Part shown: one piece after another, positions 48,344 to 57,527 of the stretch | How positions within the stretch are numbered: position 1 is the first letter of the stretch | How the letters are laid out: each line of letters begins with the position of its first letter | Origin: an uncultured Spirochaetota bacterium | Lineage (GTDB): Bacteria > Spirochaetota > Spirochaetia > SZUA-6 > Fen-1364 | Direction: 5' to 3' | DNA: 64,000 nucleotides | Assembly (NCBI GenBank): GCA_963781885.1 | Contig: CAWAHW010000007.1 | Location: 544,001-608,000 of the forward strand | Notes under the pieces: model-generated | Database searches by the model: none | Told to the model about the DNA's origin: nothing | What the model saw: the letters and a program-made list of their open reading frames with translations, nothing else | Made by a program: the position numbers and the translations under genes

Positions 48344-49316
48344 AGCTCAGCACCTTTCGCGCCTCCGCGAGCACGTGCTCGGCGGTGAGGAGGTAATGCC
48401 GCTCGCCGCGCGGCATGGGGTAGATGACGTCGGGTCCGGTGAGACGGGCCGGCGGCGCCTCCAGCCGGTCGAAGGCCCTTTCCATGATCGTGGCCATGAG
48501 CTCCGCCGCGACGCCGAATGTCTGCGGACCTTCGTGCACGGCGAGCACCCGTCCCGTCTTGCGCACCGAGTCCACGACCGTGCGTGCGTCGAAGGGATAG
48601 ATCGTCCGCAGGTCGATGAGCTCCACCGAGCGGCCCTCCGCGGCGAGGGCCGCTCGCGCAAGACGCGCCTCGATCATCTGCGCCCCATAGGAGATGAGGG
48701 TGAGCTCGTCGCCTTCCGCCTCGATGCGGGCGGTGCCGATCTCCACGGTATACCCGTCCTCGGGCACCTCCTGCCGCACGGCGCGGTAGGCGCGCGCGGG
48801 CTCCAGGAATATCACGGGGTCCGGGTCCCTGATGGCGGCGATGAGAAGCCCCTTGGCGTCGTGCGGGGTGGAAGGGATCACCACCTTCAGGCCGGGGATG
48901 TGGCCGAAGAGCGCCTCGACGCTCTCCGAGTGATGCTCGGGCGCCCGGATGCCGCCCCCGTACGGCATGCGGATGACCATGGGCGCGGCCAGCGCCCCCC
49001 GCGACCTGTTCCTCATGCGCGCGACGTGACTCACGATCTGGTTGAACGCGGGGAAAGCGAAACCAGAGAACTGTATCTCCACGACCGGCTTCAGACCCGC
49101 CACCGCCATGCCCACGGCTGCCCCGACAATGCCGGACTCCGAGATGGGCGTGTCGAAGCACCGCGTTTCCCCGAAGTCGCGCTGCAGACCCGTGGTGGCG
49201 CGGAACACGCCTCCCTCCAGGCCCACGTCCTCGCCGAAGACGATGACCGACTTGTCGGAGGTCATCTCCACGCGGAGGGCGTCGGTGACGGCTTCGATCA
49301 GCGTGAGGACCTTCAT
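48333..49316 (-). CDS. pdhB: 2-oxoacid dehydrogenase E1 beta
   Basis: GEDVG..GGVFRAT, DTPISE, EIQF, PEHHSES. Confidence 0.92.
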   Translation of the reverse strand: MKVLTLIEAVTDALRVEMTSDKSVIVFGEDVGLEGGVFRATTGLQRDFGETRCFDTPISESGIVGAAVGMAVAGLKPVVEIQFSGFAFPAFNQIVSHVARMRNRSRGALAAPMVIRMPYGGGIRAPEHHSESVEALFGHIPGLKVVIPSTPHDAKGLLIAAIRDPDPVIFLEPARAYRAVRQEVPEDGYTVEIGTARIEAEGDELTLISYGAQMIEARLARAALAAEGRSVELIDLRTIYPFDARTVVDSVRKTGRVLAVHEGPQTFGVAAELMATIMERAFDRLEAPPARLTGPDVIYPMPRGERHYLLTAEHVLAEARKVLSYEP

Positions 49317-50380
49317 GCCTGCCTCCGCGCAAGCTGGGCGGCCATGATCTCAGGCATGTCGCTGTAGAGATAGCGGAAGGTGTCGTCCAGCAGCGTGTCC
49401 TCCCTCTGCTCCACCTCGTCGTAGGCAGCCTGTGCGCATTCGAGGGCTTTCTGCCGGATGCTCACCGTCTGCTCCTGCGTGAGGAGTCCCTTGTGGAGGA
49501 GGTAGCGCTCCAGCCGGGGGAGTGGGTCCCGCGCCTCCCACTCCTTCACCTCGGCATCCGCCCTGTACCGCGTGGGATCGTCGGAGGTCGTGTGCGCGCC
49601 CAGCCGGTAGGTGAGGCCCTCGATCAGCGTCGGGCCTGCTCCGGACCGGGCCCGGTCGGCTGCCAGGCGCACCGCGGCATAAACGGCGAAGATATCGTTG
49701 CCGTCCACACGGATGCCCGGGAAGCCATAGGCGAAGGCCTTTTCCGCGAGTGTCGCGCTCGCGCTCTGCTTGGACCAGGGCAGGGAGATGGACCAGTTGT
49801 TGTTCTGCGCATAGAAGACCACGCCGGATTTCCAGACGCCGGCGAGATTGCAGGCCTCGTGGAAGTCGCCTTCCGAGCTTGCCCCTTCTCCCATGAAGGT
49901 GAGGGCGATCCTGTCGCTGCCGGTATAGCGCTCCGCCCACGCCAACCCCACCGCGTGGACCATCTGACTTCCCACGGGCACCGATATCGGCAGCATGTGC
50001 ATGGCGTCCAGGGGCATGTGATTGGCCCATTCGTTGCCGTACCAGTAGAGGTAGTACTGCGTGAGGCTGATGCCCCGTACAAGCATGCCGCCCAGCTCGC
50101 GGAAGGCCGGCACGAACCAGTCATCGGACCGCACGGCCATGAGGGCGCCGATCGAATTGGCCTCCTGACCCTTGTTCAGGACATAGGTCGGCATCCGTCC
50201 CTGCCGGTTCAGGCTCACGGCCCATTCGTCCACCTGCCGGGCCGTCACCATCGTGCGATATGCCTCGAGGGCGCCGTCGTCCGGCAGGAGCGGCATGCCG
50301 TCCGGGACGGGCGCAAGCCTCCCTGCCTCATCCAGGAGGCGCAGGAGCTTGCCTTCCCGGGGGTCGTATCTTTCGAACAT
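49313..50380 (-). CDS. pdhA: 2-oxoacid dehydrogenase E1 alpha
   Basis: RQGRM, GQEA, GEGASSEGDFHE..NN, HTTSDDPTRY. Confidence 0.92.
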   Translation of the reverse strand: MFERYDPREGKLLRLLDEAGRLAPVPDGMPLLPDDGALEAYRTMVTARQVDEWAVSLNRQGRMPTYVLNKGQEANSIGALMAVRSDDWFVPAFRELGGMLVRGISLTQYYLYWYGNEWANHMPLDAMHMLPISVPVGSQMVHAVGLAWAERYTGSDRIALTFMGEGASSEGDFHEACNLAGVWKSGVVFYAQNNNWSISLPWSKQSASATLAEKAFAYGFPGIRVDGNDIFAVYAAVRLAADRARSGAGPTLIEGLTYRLGAHTTSDDPTRYRADAEVKEWEARDPLPRLERYLLHKGLLTQEQTVSIRQKALECAQAAYDEVEQREDTLLDDTFRYLYSDMPEIMAAQLARRQA

Positions 50381-50446
50381 CAGGGCCTCCGACTTTGCGG
50401 CCACCGTATCTCGCACGGTATTCCGTGCGGTTAGGTGGCATTCGTG

Positions 50447-50878
50447 CTACGCGCCCGGCAGGGAAACCAGAAGGGCGTGCCAGGCAAGCGTTGCGCACTT
50501 GACCCGGACCGGGAAGCTCGTGAGGCCCTTGAAGGCCGCGAGGTCCCCCATGTCGTCAAGGACGGTCGCGGGGATCTCGCCCCGCAGCGCCTTGATGAAG
50601 CTCTCGGCGCGTTGCCGCGCATCCGTGACAGAAAGCCCTCTCACCGATTCGGTCATGAGAGAGGCGGAGGCGGTGCTGATGGCGCAGCCCTTGCCGTCGA
50701 AGCGCACGGTATCGAGACGGCCGTCGTCCCCCACCACGACCTCGAGCTTGATCGAGTCGCCGCAAGTGGGATTTTCGTGCACCATGGACTGCGGGACATG
50801 ATCGAGATGCGCCTGGCCGCGCGGCGAGCGATAGTGATCCATGATGATTTCCTGGTAGAGCTCTTCGAAGGCATTCAT
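50447..50878 (-). CDS. sufU: SUF system NifU-like protein SufU
   Basis: IMDHY, NPTCGD, GCAIS, RVKCATL. Confidence 0.93.
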   Translation of the reverse strand: MNAFEELYQEIIMDHYRSPRGQAHLDHVPQSMVHENPTCGDSIKLEVVVGDDGRLDTVRFDGKGCAISTASASLMTESVRGLSVTDARQRAESFIKALRGEIPATVLDDMGDLAAFKGLTSFPVRVKCATLAWHALLVSLPGA

Positions 50879-50909
50879 GCCCGCACCTGCGCGCCTCGTT
50901 GCCGCGCGC

Positions 50910-52166
50910 TCATCCGTAGAACCTCGCGGCGCCCTCGAGGGCTTCCGCCAACCGATCGATCTCCGCGAAGGTGTTGTAGAAGGAGAGGCTGGCGCGCGCC
51001 GTGGCTGGCACCCCGAGCCGCTTCATGAGCGGCTGGGCGCAGTGATGACCCGCCCGCACGGCGATGCCCTCCCGGTCCAGGAACTGGGCGACGTCGTGCG
51101 CGTGGATTGCGCCGAGCGTGAAGGAGAACACGGCGCCCCGCACGGGGGCGCTGCCGTAGACCGTGACGTCGGGCGTGGCGCGGAGCTTTTCGGCGGCATA
51201 CGCGGCAAGGTCGTGCTCCCACGCGGCGATTGCGGGAAGGCCGAGTGCATGGAGGTAGTCGATGGCGGCGCTCAGCCCGACCGCACCTTCCACGTTCGGT
51301 GTGCCGGCTTCGAACTTCCAGGGAAGATCGTTCCAGGTGGAGCCTTCCAGGTGCACGGACCGTATCATCTCGCCGCCGCCCATCCACGGGGGCATCGCTT
51401 CCAGAATCTCTTCCTTCCCGTACAGCGCGCCTATGCCCATGGGGCCGTACATCTTGTGTCCCGAGAAGCAGTAGAAGTCGCAGTCGAGGTCCTGCACGTC
51501 GATGCGCATGTGCGGCACCGCCTGCGCCCCGTCCACGAGGATGAGCGCGCCGCGGTCGTGCGCGATCCGCGCAAGGGCCTTCACGTCGTTGATGGTGCCC
51601 AGCACATTGGAAACATGGGTGACGGCCACCAGGCGCGTGCGCGGATCCCAGGCGGCCGCGGCGCGCTCCAGGTCCAGGCTGCCGTCATCCTCCACGGGAA
51701 GGAAAGAGAGCTTCGCGCCGCGCCGGGCGCAGGCGAGCTGCCACGGGACGAGATTGCTGTGGTGCTCCATCACCGTGCAGAGGACCACGTCGCCGCTCTT
51801 CAGGCTGCTGTCCGCCCAGCTCGACGCGACCAGGTTGATGGCCTCGGTTGTCCCCCGGGTGAAGACGATCTCGGCGCGCGCGCGCGCGTTGAGCAGGCGC
51901 TGCACCTTTCCCCGGCCTTCTTCAAAGGCCGCGGTGGCTTCTTCTCCCAGGGTGTGGAGCGCGCGGTGCACGTTCGCGTTGTTGTGCTCGTAGTAGACGC
52001 GCATGGCATCCAGCACGACGCGCGGCTTCTGCGACGTGGCGGCGTTGTCCAGGTAGGCGAGGGGGTGGCCGTTGACGTGCCGGTCCAGGATGGGGAAATC
52101 CCCGCGCACGTCATCGACGTTCCGGGAGCCGATCAGCTGGGTTTTGGCGTGCGCAAAGCGATCCAT
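50910..52166 (-). CDS. sufS: Cysteine desulfurase SufS
   Basis: YLDNAATSQKP, EHHSN, SGHKM, RAGHHCA. Confidence 0.95.
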   Translation of the reverse strand: MDRFAHAKTQLIGSRNVDDVRGDFPILDRHVNGHPLAYLDNAATSQKPRVVLDAMRVYYEHNNANVHRALHTLGEEATAAFEEGRGKVQRLLNARARAEIVFTRGTTEAINLVASSWADSSLKSGDVVLCTVMEHHSNLVPWQLACARRGAKLSFLPVEDDGSLDLERAAAAWDPRTRLVAVTHVSNVLGTINDVKALARIAHDRGALILVDGAQAVPHMRIDVQDLDCDFYCFSGHKMYGPMGIGALYGKEEILEAMPPWMGGGEMIRSVHLEGSTWNDLPWKFEAGTPNVEGAVGLSAAIDYLHALGLPAIAAWEHDLAAYAAEKLRATPDVTVYGSAPVRGAVFSFTLGAIHAHDVAQFLDREGIAVRAGHHCAQPLMKRLGVPATARASLSFYNTFAEIDRLAEALEGAARFYG

Positions 52167-52453
52167 ATTTCTCCGTTTTCCACTTTTACGTCCCACGTCC
52201 CGACCGGGAGTGTCGCGGGCAACCCCGTGACCTTTCCCGTGCGAAGGTTGAACCGGGATCCGTGCTTCTGACAATATACTTCTCCCGCCCAGACATCGCC
52301 CTCAGAAAGACGTGAATATTCGTGCGAGCAGATATCGTCGAGGGCAAAAACGCCCTCGTCCGTGCGAAAAAGTGCCACGAGCCGCTCTCCGACCGTGACG
52401 CCGAGGGTCGTGACCAGCTCCTTTTCCATCGCCACGCGTATCCAGCCGTCCAT
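52133..52453 (-). CDS. Rieske-type ferredoxin
   Basis: CSH-x16-CQKH. Confidence 0.9.
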   Translation of the reverse strand: MDGWIRVAMEKELVTTLGVTVGERLVALFRTDEGVFALDDICSHEYSRLSEGDVWAGEVYCQKHGSRFNLRTGKVTGLPATLPVGTWDVKVENGEIWIALRTPKPS

Positions 52454-52459
52454 CTTTTT

Positions 52460-53707
52460 TCAGGCAGCCCTGCGAAAACGGCCGCGGATGGTCGCGAGCG
52501 TCTGGTCGCGGTAGCCTTCCGGCGCCGATCCGAGGAGGTCCTCGAAATAGCCGATCACGAGCATCTCCCGCGCGTCAAGCGTCGACAGGCCCCTGCTTTC
52601 GAGGTAGAAAAGCTCCTCGCTGGAAAGTTTCCCCGTGGTGGAGCCGTGGCTGCACTTCACGTCGTTGTTGCCGATCCGCAGGGTGGGGATGGAGTCGGAG
52701 CGCGCCGCCTCCCCGAGGATGAGATTCCGGTTTGTGAGGTAGGCGTCGGTTCCCGACGCGCCCTCTGCCACCTCGATGAGCCCCTGGAACACCGAGCGGC
52801 CGCCCGCCGCGACGGCGCCCTTGTAATAGGCCCGGCTGGTTGCCTTGGGTGAGCGATGGTTCTGGACCGTCCGCAGGTCCATATGCTGGCCGGCGCCGCA
52901 GTAGTACACGCCGTCCAGCCGCGCATCGGCACCTGGCCCGTCGAGCGAGCAATCCACCCGCGTCTTTGCAAGACGCGAACCGAACTCCGCATCGATGTGG
53001 TGGAGCGACGCGTCCCGTCCCACCACGGCGCGCGCGTGCCGGACGTAGATGTCGCGCGGCCCCAGCTCCTGGACCTCGCAGTAGGTGAGACCCGCCGCGT
53101 CCGCGAGCCGCAGGTCGACCGCCGCGTTGCAGAGCAGCCCTTCACCGTCTTCCGCGCCGCGTGTACGGGTGACCACCGACGCGCGCGCGCCCTGGCCGAG
53201 AAACACCGCGACGTGCGGGGCGCTCTGGAAACCCTTGCCGGTTTCGGCGAAATCGATGAAGAACGGCTCCTTGATTTCAAGACCGGCGGGGATCCAGAGC
53301 AGCGCGCCGTGATTGAACGAGGCGAAGTGCGACACGAGGAAACGGTTGTCCGCTTCCTCGAATGCCTTCTCCCACAACCCGTGCATCGGCGCTTCCATCT
53401 CCTCCACCGCGTGATCAAGCGGCAGGAGCTTCACGCCGCTGTCGCGCAGGGCGGGGGAGAGTGCAAGCTCGGCGCAGCGCGACGACTCGAAACGGATGAA
53501 TCCCGCGCTCGATCCCGCCTCCGCGTCCCGCGGGCACGCGGGCTTCGGCTGCGGGCCTGCGGCGAAGGAGTCCAATCCGAGACGGCTCACGTCGGTCCGG
53601 CGCCATTCCTCCTCTGACGTTGTCGGCCACGCCATGGCCTTGAAGCGCTCCTGCGCCTTGTCACGAAGATTTTTCATCCAGACGGGCTCGACGGCGGTCG
53701 GCATCAT
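52460..53707 (-). CDS. sufD: Fe-S assembly protein SufD
   Basis: EEWRRTD, beta-helix, VKCSHG, FYLESRG. Confidence 0.92.
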   Translation of the reverse strand: MMPTAVEPVWMKNLRDKAQERFKAMAWPTTSEEEWRRTDVSRLGLDSFAAGPQPKPACPRDAEAGSSAGFIRFESSRCAELALSPALRDSGVKLLPLDHAVEEMEAPMHGLWEKAFEEADNRFLVSHFASFNHGALLWIPAGLEIKEPFFIDFAETGKGFQSAPHVAVFLGQGARASVVTRTRGAEDGEGLLCNAAVDLRLADAAGLTYCEVQELGPRDIYVRHARAVVGRDASLHHIDAEFGSRLAKTRVDCSLDGPGADARLDGVYYCGAGQHMDLRTVQNHRSPKATSRAYYKGAVAAGGRSVFQGLIEVAEGASGTDAYLTNRNLILGEAARSDSIPTLRIGNNDVKCSHGSTTGKLSSEELFYLESRGLSTLDAREMLVIGYFEDLLGSAPEGYRDQTLATIRGRFRRAA

Positions 53708-55137
53708 CCCACCGTGCCTTCCATCTCCAGCTCGATGAGCCGGTTGAGCTCCACCGCGTATTCCATGGGGAGCTGCTTCACGAGGGGATCGAGGAAGCCG
53801 CTCACGATCATGAGGGACGCCTCCTGCTCGCTCATGCCGCGGCTCATGAGGTAGAAGAGCTGCTCCTCGCTGATGCGGCTCACGCGCGCCTCGTGCTCGA
53901 TCGACACGTCGTCCGAATCGATCTCCATGTACGGGTAGGTGTTGCTGCGGGACTGCGCGTCAAGGATGAGCGCGTCGCAGACGACCCTCGAGCGCACGTC
54001 GTGCAGGCCCTCGTTCACTTTCAAGAGGCCGCGGTAGGAGGAGATGCCGCCGCCGCGGCTGATGGACTTTGCCGTGACGATGGACGAGGTGTGGCTCGCC
54101 GCGTGCACCGCCTTTGCACCAGTGTCCTGCTCCTGTCCCTTGCCGGAGAAGGCGATGGAGAGAACCTCGCCGTGGGCCCCTTCGCCGACCAGGTAAATCG
54201 ACGGGTACTTCATCGTGCGCTTGGCGCCGATATTCCCGTCCACCCATTCGACCACGGCGTCCTTGTGCGCCACGGCGCGCTTGGTGACCAGGTTGTACAC
54301 ATCGTTGGACCAGTTCTGTATGGTGGTGTAGCGCACCCGCGCGCCCGGTAAGGCGATGATCTCCACCACGGCGCTGTGCAGCGACTCGGTGGCGTAGACG
54401 GGCGCCGTGCAGCCCTCGATGTAGTGCACGAAGCTGCCTTCATCCGCGATGATGAGGGTGCGCTCGAACTGGCCGAAGCTCTTCGCGTTGATGCGGAAGT
54501 AGGCCTGCAGCGGCACTTCCACCTTCACACCCTTGGGCACGTAGACGAAGCTTCCCCCCGACCAGACGGCGCTGTTGAGCGCCGCGAACTTGTTGTCCAG
54601 GTAGGGGATGACCGTGCCGAAGTACTGGCGCACCAGGTCGGGATGCTCGCGCACCGCTGTCTCGGGGTCTGTGAAGATCACGCCCTGCTTGGAGAGCTCC
54701 TCCTTGATGCTGTGGTAGACCATCTCGGAGTCGTACTGTGCCCCGACACCGGCGAGGAACTTCCTCTCCGCCTCGGGGATGCCGATGCGCTCGAATGTCT
54801 CCTTGATGTTCGCCGGCACGTCCTCCCACGACCGCGACTGCTGCTCCTGCGGCCGCGCGTAGTAGTACAGGTCGTCGAAGTTCAGGTCGGAGAGGTCCGC
54901 GCCCCAGTTGGGCATGGCCTTCTTGCGGAAAGCCGCCAGGGAGCGCAGGCGGAACTGGCGCATCCACTCCGGCTCGTTCTTGCGGGCGGAGATGGCGTTG
55001 ACGATATCCTCGTTCAGCCCCTTGCGGGTCTTGAAGACCGACTCGTCAGGAAAATGATACCCGTGCTGGTATTCGCCGACGAGCTCGCTGCCGGGAGCGG
55101 GGGACGACGATTCAACGACGGGAGACTGCCGACTCAT
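53704..55137 (-). CDS. sufB: Fe-S assembly protein SufB
   Basis: [27 protein letters not shown]. Confidence 0.96.
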   Translation of the reverse strand: MSRQSPVVESSSPAPGSELVGEYQHGYHFPDESVFKTRKGLNEDIVNAISARKNEPEWMRQFRLRSLAAFRKKAMPNWGADLSDLNFDDLYYYARPQEQQSRSWEDVPANIKETFERIGIPEAERKFLAGVGAQYDSEMVYHSIKEELSKQGVIFTDPETAVREHPDLVRQYFGTVIPYLDNKFAALNSAVWSGGSFVYVPKGVKVEVPLQAYFRINAKSFGQFERTLIIADEGSFVHYIEGCTAPVYATESLHSAVVEIIALPGARVRYTTIQNWSNDVYNLVTKRAVAHKDAVVEWVDGNIGAKRTMKYPSIYLVGEGAHGEVLSIAFSGKGQEQDTGAKAVHAASHTSSIVTAKSISRGGGISSYRGLLKVNEGLHDVRSRVVCDALILDAQSRSNTYPYMEIDSDDVSIEHEARVSRISEEQLFYLMSRGMSEQEASLMIVSGFLDPLVKQLPMEYAVELNRLIELEMEGTVG

Positions 55138-55920
55138 TGGCTTCCTCCTCGATTCCGTACTGTTCCTTGATCCAGTCGTAGCCGCGGCTTTCCAGGATTT
55201 CCACGAGCTCCTTGCCGCCGGAGGTCACGATCCTGCCCTTGTACATGATGTGCACGAAGTCCGGCACGATGTGGGTGAGGATACGCTGGTAATGCGTGAT
55301 GATGAGCGCCCCGAAGTCGGCCCACCGGTCGCTCCAGCGACATCCCGCAGCTTGTTCACGCCGCGTGCCACGACCTTCAACGCGTCGATGTCGAGGCCCG
55401 AGTCCGTCTCGTCCAGGATGGCAAGGGTGGGCTTCAGCATCAGCATCTGCAGCACCTCCATGCGCTTCTTCTCCCCGCCGGAAAAGCCCTGGTTGAGATA
55501 GCGGTTGATGAATGCCTGCTCCATCTCCATGAAATCCATGTTCTCGCGCAGCTGCTTGATGTAGGCGGTGACATTCATGCCTTTGCCGTCGCTTCGCAGC
55601 TCGATGGCGCGCTTGAGGAACTTACCCACCGTGACGCCGGCGATCTCCACGGGGTACTGGAACGCCAGGAAGACGCCGCGCAGCGCGCGTTCGCTCGTGG
55701 AAAGGGCAAGGTAGTCATCCCCGTCCAGCGTCACGCCGCCGCCGGTCACCGTGTACGCGGGATGACCCATGAGCACATTCGCCAGCGTGCTTTTCCCGGA
55801 GCCGTTTGGCCCCATGAGCGCGTGGATCTCTCCCGCGCGGATCACGAGGTCCATGCCGTCCAGGATCGGTTTCTCACCGATGGAGGCTTTCAGGCCGCTC
55901 ACTCTCAACTGGTATGCCAT
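55134..55920 (-). CDS. sufC: Fe-S assembly ATPase SufC, split by an indel near 55320
   Basis: [25 protein letters not shown]; C-terminal IITHYQRI in a shifted frame ending at 55134. Confidence 0.9.
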
Positions 55921-55942
55921 TTCATTCCCCCTGTCGCGTGCG

Positions 55943-56263
55943 TCAAATCGGGTAGCCCAGCGCGACCCGCGCCTCTTCGCTCATCCGTTCGGGTCCCCAC
56001 AGCGGGGACCACACGGTATTCGCCTTCACGTCGACGAGGCCGAAGGCGTCCCGCACGGTCTCGATGATGTCGCGGCGGATGATGTCCTCCGCCGGGCACC
56101 CGGGATAGGTGAGGGTGAAGTCGACCTCAATGCCTTTTTCCTGCACGTCGATGCGGTACACGAGCCCCAGGTCGACGATGCTGAAAGCCAGCTCCGGGTC
56201 CTCCACGTTGCGCAGAACGTCCAGGACTTCCTCGCGAGATACCATCTCTTTGTTCTCTCTCAT
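55943..56263 (-). CDS. sufT: DUF59/SufT metal-sulfur cluster protein
   Basis: VEDPEL..IVDLGLVY, TLTYPGCP, PLW.PERMS. Confidence 0.88.
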   Translation of the reverse strand: MRENKEMVSREEVLDVLRNVEDPELAFSIVDLGLVYRIDVQEKGIEVDFTLTYPGCPAEDIIRRDIIETVRDAFGLVDVKANTVWSPLWGPERMSEEARVALGYPI

Positions 56264-56268
56264 ATAAG

Positions 56269-56298
56269 TTGACAATGCTGACTAAATTAGTCAAGATT
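56269..56298. promoter_or_regulatory. Rrf2/IscR-type palindromic operator within overlapping divergent promoters
   Basis: AATGC-TGACTAA-A-TTAGTCA-AGATT; TTGACA-17-CAAGAT (+) and TTGACT-17-CAACTT (-). Confidence 0.65.
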
Positions 56299-56305
56299 AA
56301 ATGCG

Positions 56306-56908
56306 ATGAAGATTGTCGAGATTCTCTGCAATCCGCGACCCGGCAGCTTCAATCTTGCCCTTGCCGCGAGCGCACGGGAGAAGCTTGTGTCTCTGGGTCA
56401 CGAGGTGACGCTTCATGACCTCTACAAGGAGGGCTTCGACCCCGTCATGGAAGCGGCCGAGCTCGCGCGCAGCTACAGTCTCGACGGTCTCGTGCAGGTG
56501 CATTGCAACGAGCTTGCCGCCGCGGACGGCCTGATCGTCTTTCACCCCGAATGGTGGGGCCAGCCGCCCGCGGTCCTCAAGGGTTGGGTGGACCGGGTAT
56601 TCCGGCAAGGGATTGCCTACGATCTGGAAGGGGAAGAGTTCACGCAGAAAGGATGGAAGCCGCTTCTGACGGGCAAGAAGGGCTTGGTTTTCTGCACGTC
56701 GGACGCGGAGGCGGCGAGTGCGACCCGGACGCTTGAGATGCTCTGGACCGACGCAGTCTTGGGCAGGTGCGGCATGAAGGCTGCCTGCCACGTCCTGCGG
56801 GATCTTCGCCGCACCGATCCGCATTCCCGCAGGAATTGGTTGAATTTCATGATCCAGGAGATCGAGGCGTGGTTTCCGGCCGCTCAGACGGCCCCCGTCC
56901 GCGACTGA
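56306..56908 (+). CDS. NAD(P)H dehydrogenase (flavodoxin-2/MdaB-like)
   Basis: NPRPGSFN, DLYKEGFDP, PEWWGQPPAVLKGWVDRV. Confidence 0.9.
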   Translation: MKIVEILCNPRPGSFNLALAASAREKLVSLGHEVTLHDLYKEGFDPVMEAAELARSYSLDGLVQVHCNELAAADGLIVFHPEWWGQPPAVLKGWVDRVFRQGIAYDLEGEEFTQKGWKPLLTGKKGLVFCTSDAEAASATRTLEMLWTDAVLGRCGMKAACHVLRDLRRTDPHSRRNWLNFMIQEIEAWFPAAQTAPVRD

Positions 56909-56909
56909 A

Positions 56910-57380
56910 TCAGCGAAGCGCCTTGCCTTCCACGAGCATCTGAAGCGCGGCGCGAACGCGACGATCCCGCGTCTCCGGTCGCTTCGCCGCGCTGATCCAT
57001 TCCGTGTACGCCTTACGATGCGAGGGCGCGAGCCGGTCGAAGACCGCCTTCGCGCGCGGCTCCCCCTTCAGGGCATTCTGCAAGGCGGCGGGAATAGCGA
57101 CGGCAACCGGGCTTTCATCATGCCCCATCACGACCTTCACGGAGTCCCCTGCCGCGCGGTCCAGCTTCTTCAGCACTTCCTTGTTGACGACCATCGCGTA
57201 CCATCCATCACCGGACGATTGGAGAGACGTCGCGATGGGAACGCCGTCGATCCGTCCCTTCACGCGCTGGCGGGCGCGGAACGCGCCCGACTGAGCGACA
57301 GTCGGGGGAATCGGCAGAATAGTCATCATGCCGGGCCCGTTCGGGCGGAAGAGCCGGCCTTCGAATTTCCACGTCTTCAT
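56910..57380 (-). CDS. DUF1905 + YdeI/OmdA-associated domain protein
   Basis: RVKGRIDG; LAPSHRKAYTEWISAAKRPETRDRR. Confidence 0.85.
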   Translation of the reverse strand: MKTWKFEGRLFRPNGPGMMTILPIPPTVAQSGAFRARQRVKGRIDGVPIATSLQSSGDGWYAMVVNKEVLKKLDRAAGDSVKVVMGHDESPVAVAIPAALQNALKGEPRAKAVFDRLAPSHRKAYTEWISAAKRPETRDRRVRAALQMLVEGKALR

Positions 57381-57455
57381 GATGTCCCCCTCATTCGCGG
57401 TTTGACATCCTGAAAATAACCACCCCGCAGGAGGGCGGACAGGGGAACGTGAATG

Positions 57456-57489
57456 AAAAAAAGGGCCGTCCCATTGTGACGGCCCCTTT
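57456..57489 (-). terminator. Rho-independent terminator after the stn-like operon
   Basis: GGGCCGTC-N7-GACGGCCC stem followed by U7 on the minus strand. Confidence 0.85.
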
Positions 57490-57527
57490 CAGAGCTCAAA
57501 ACCTTCACGACGACCGGCGGGAATCCC

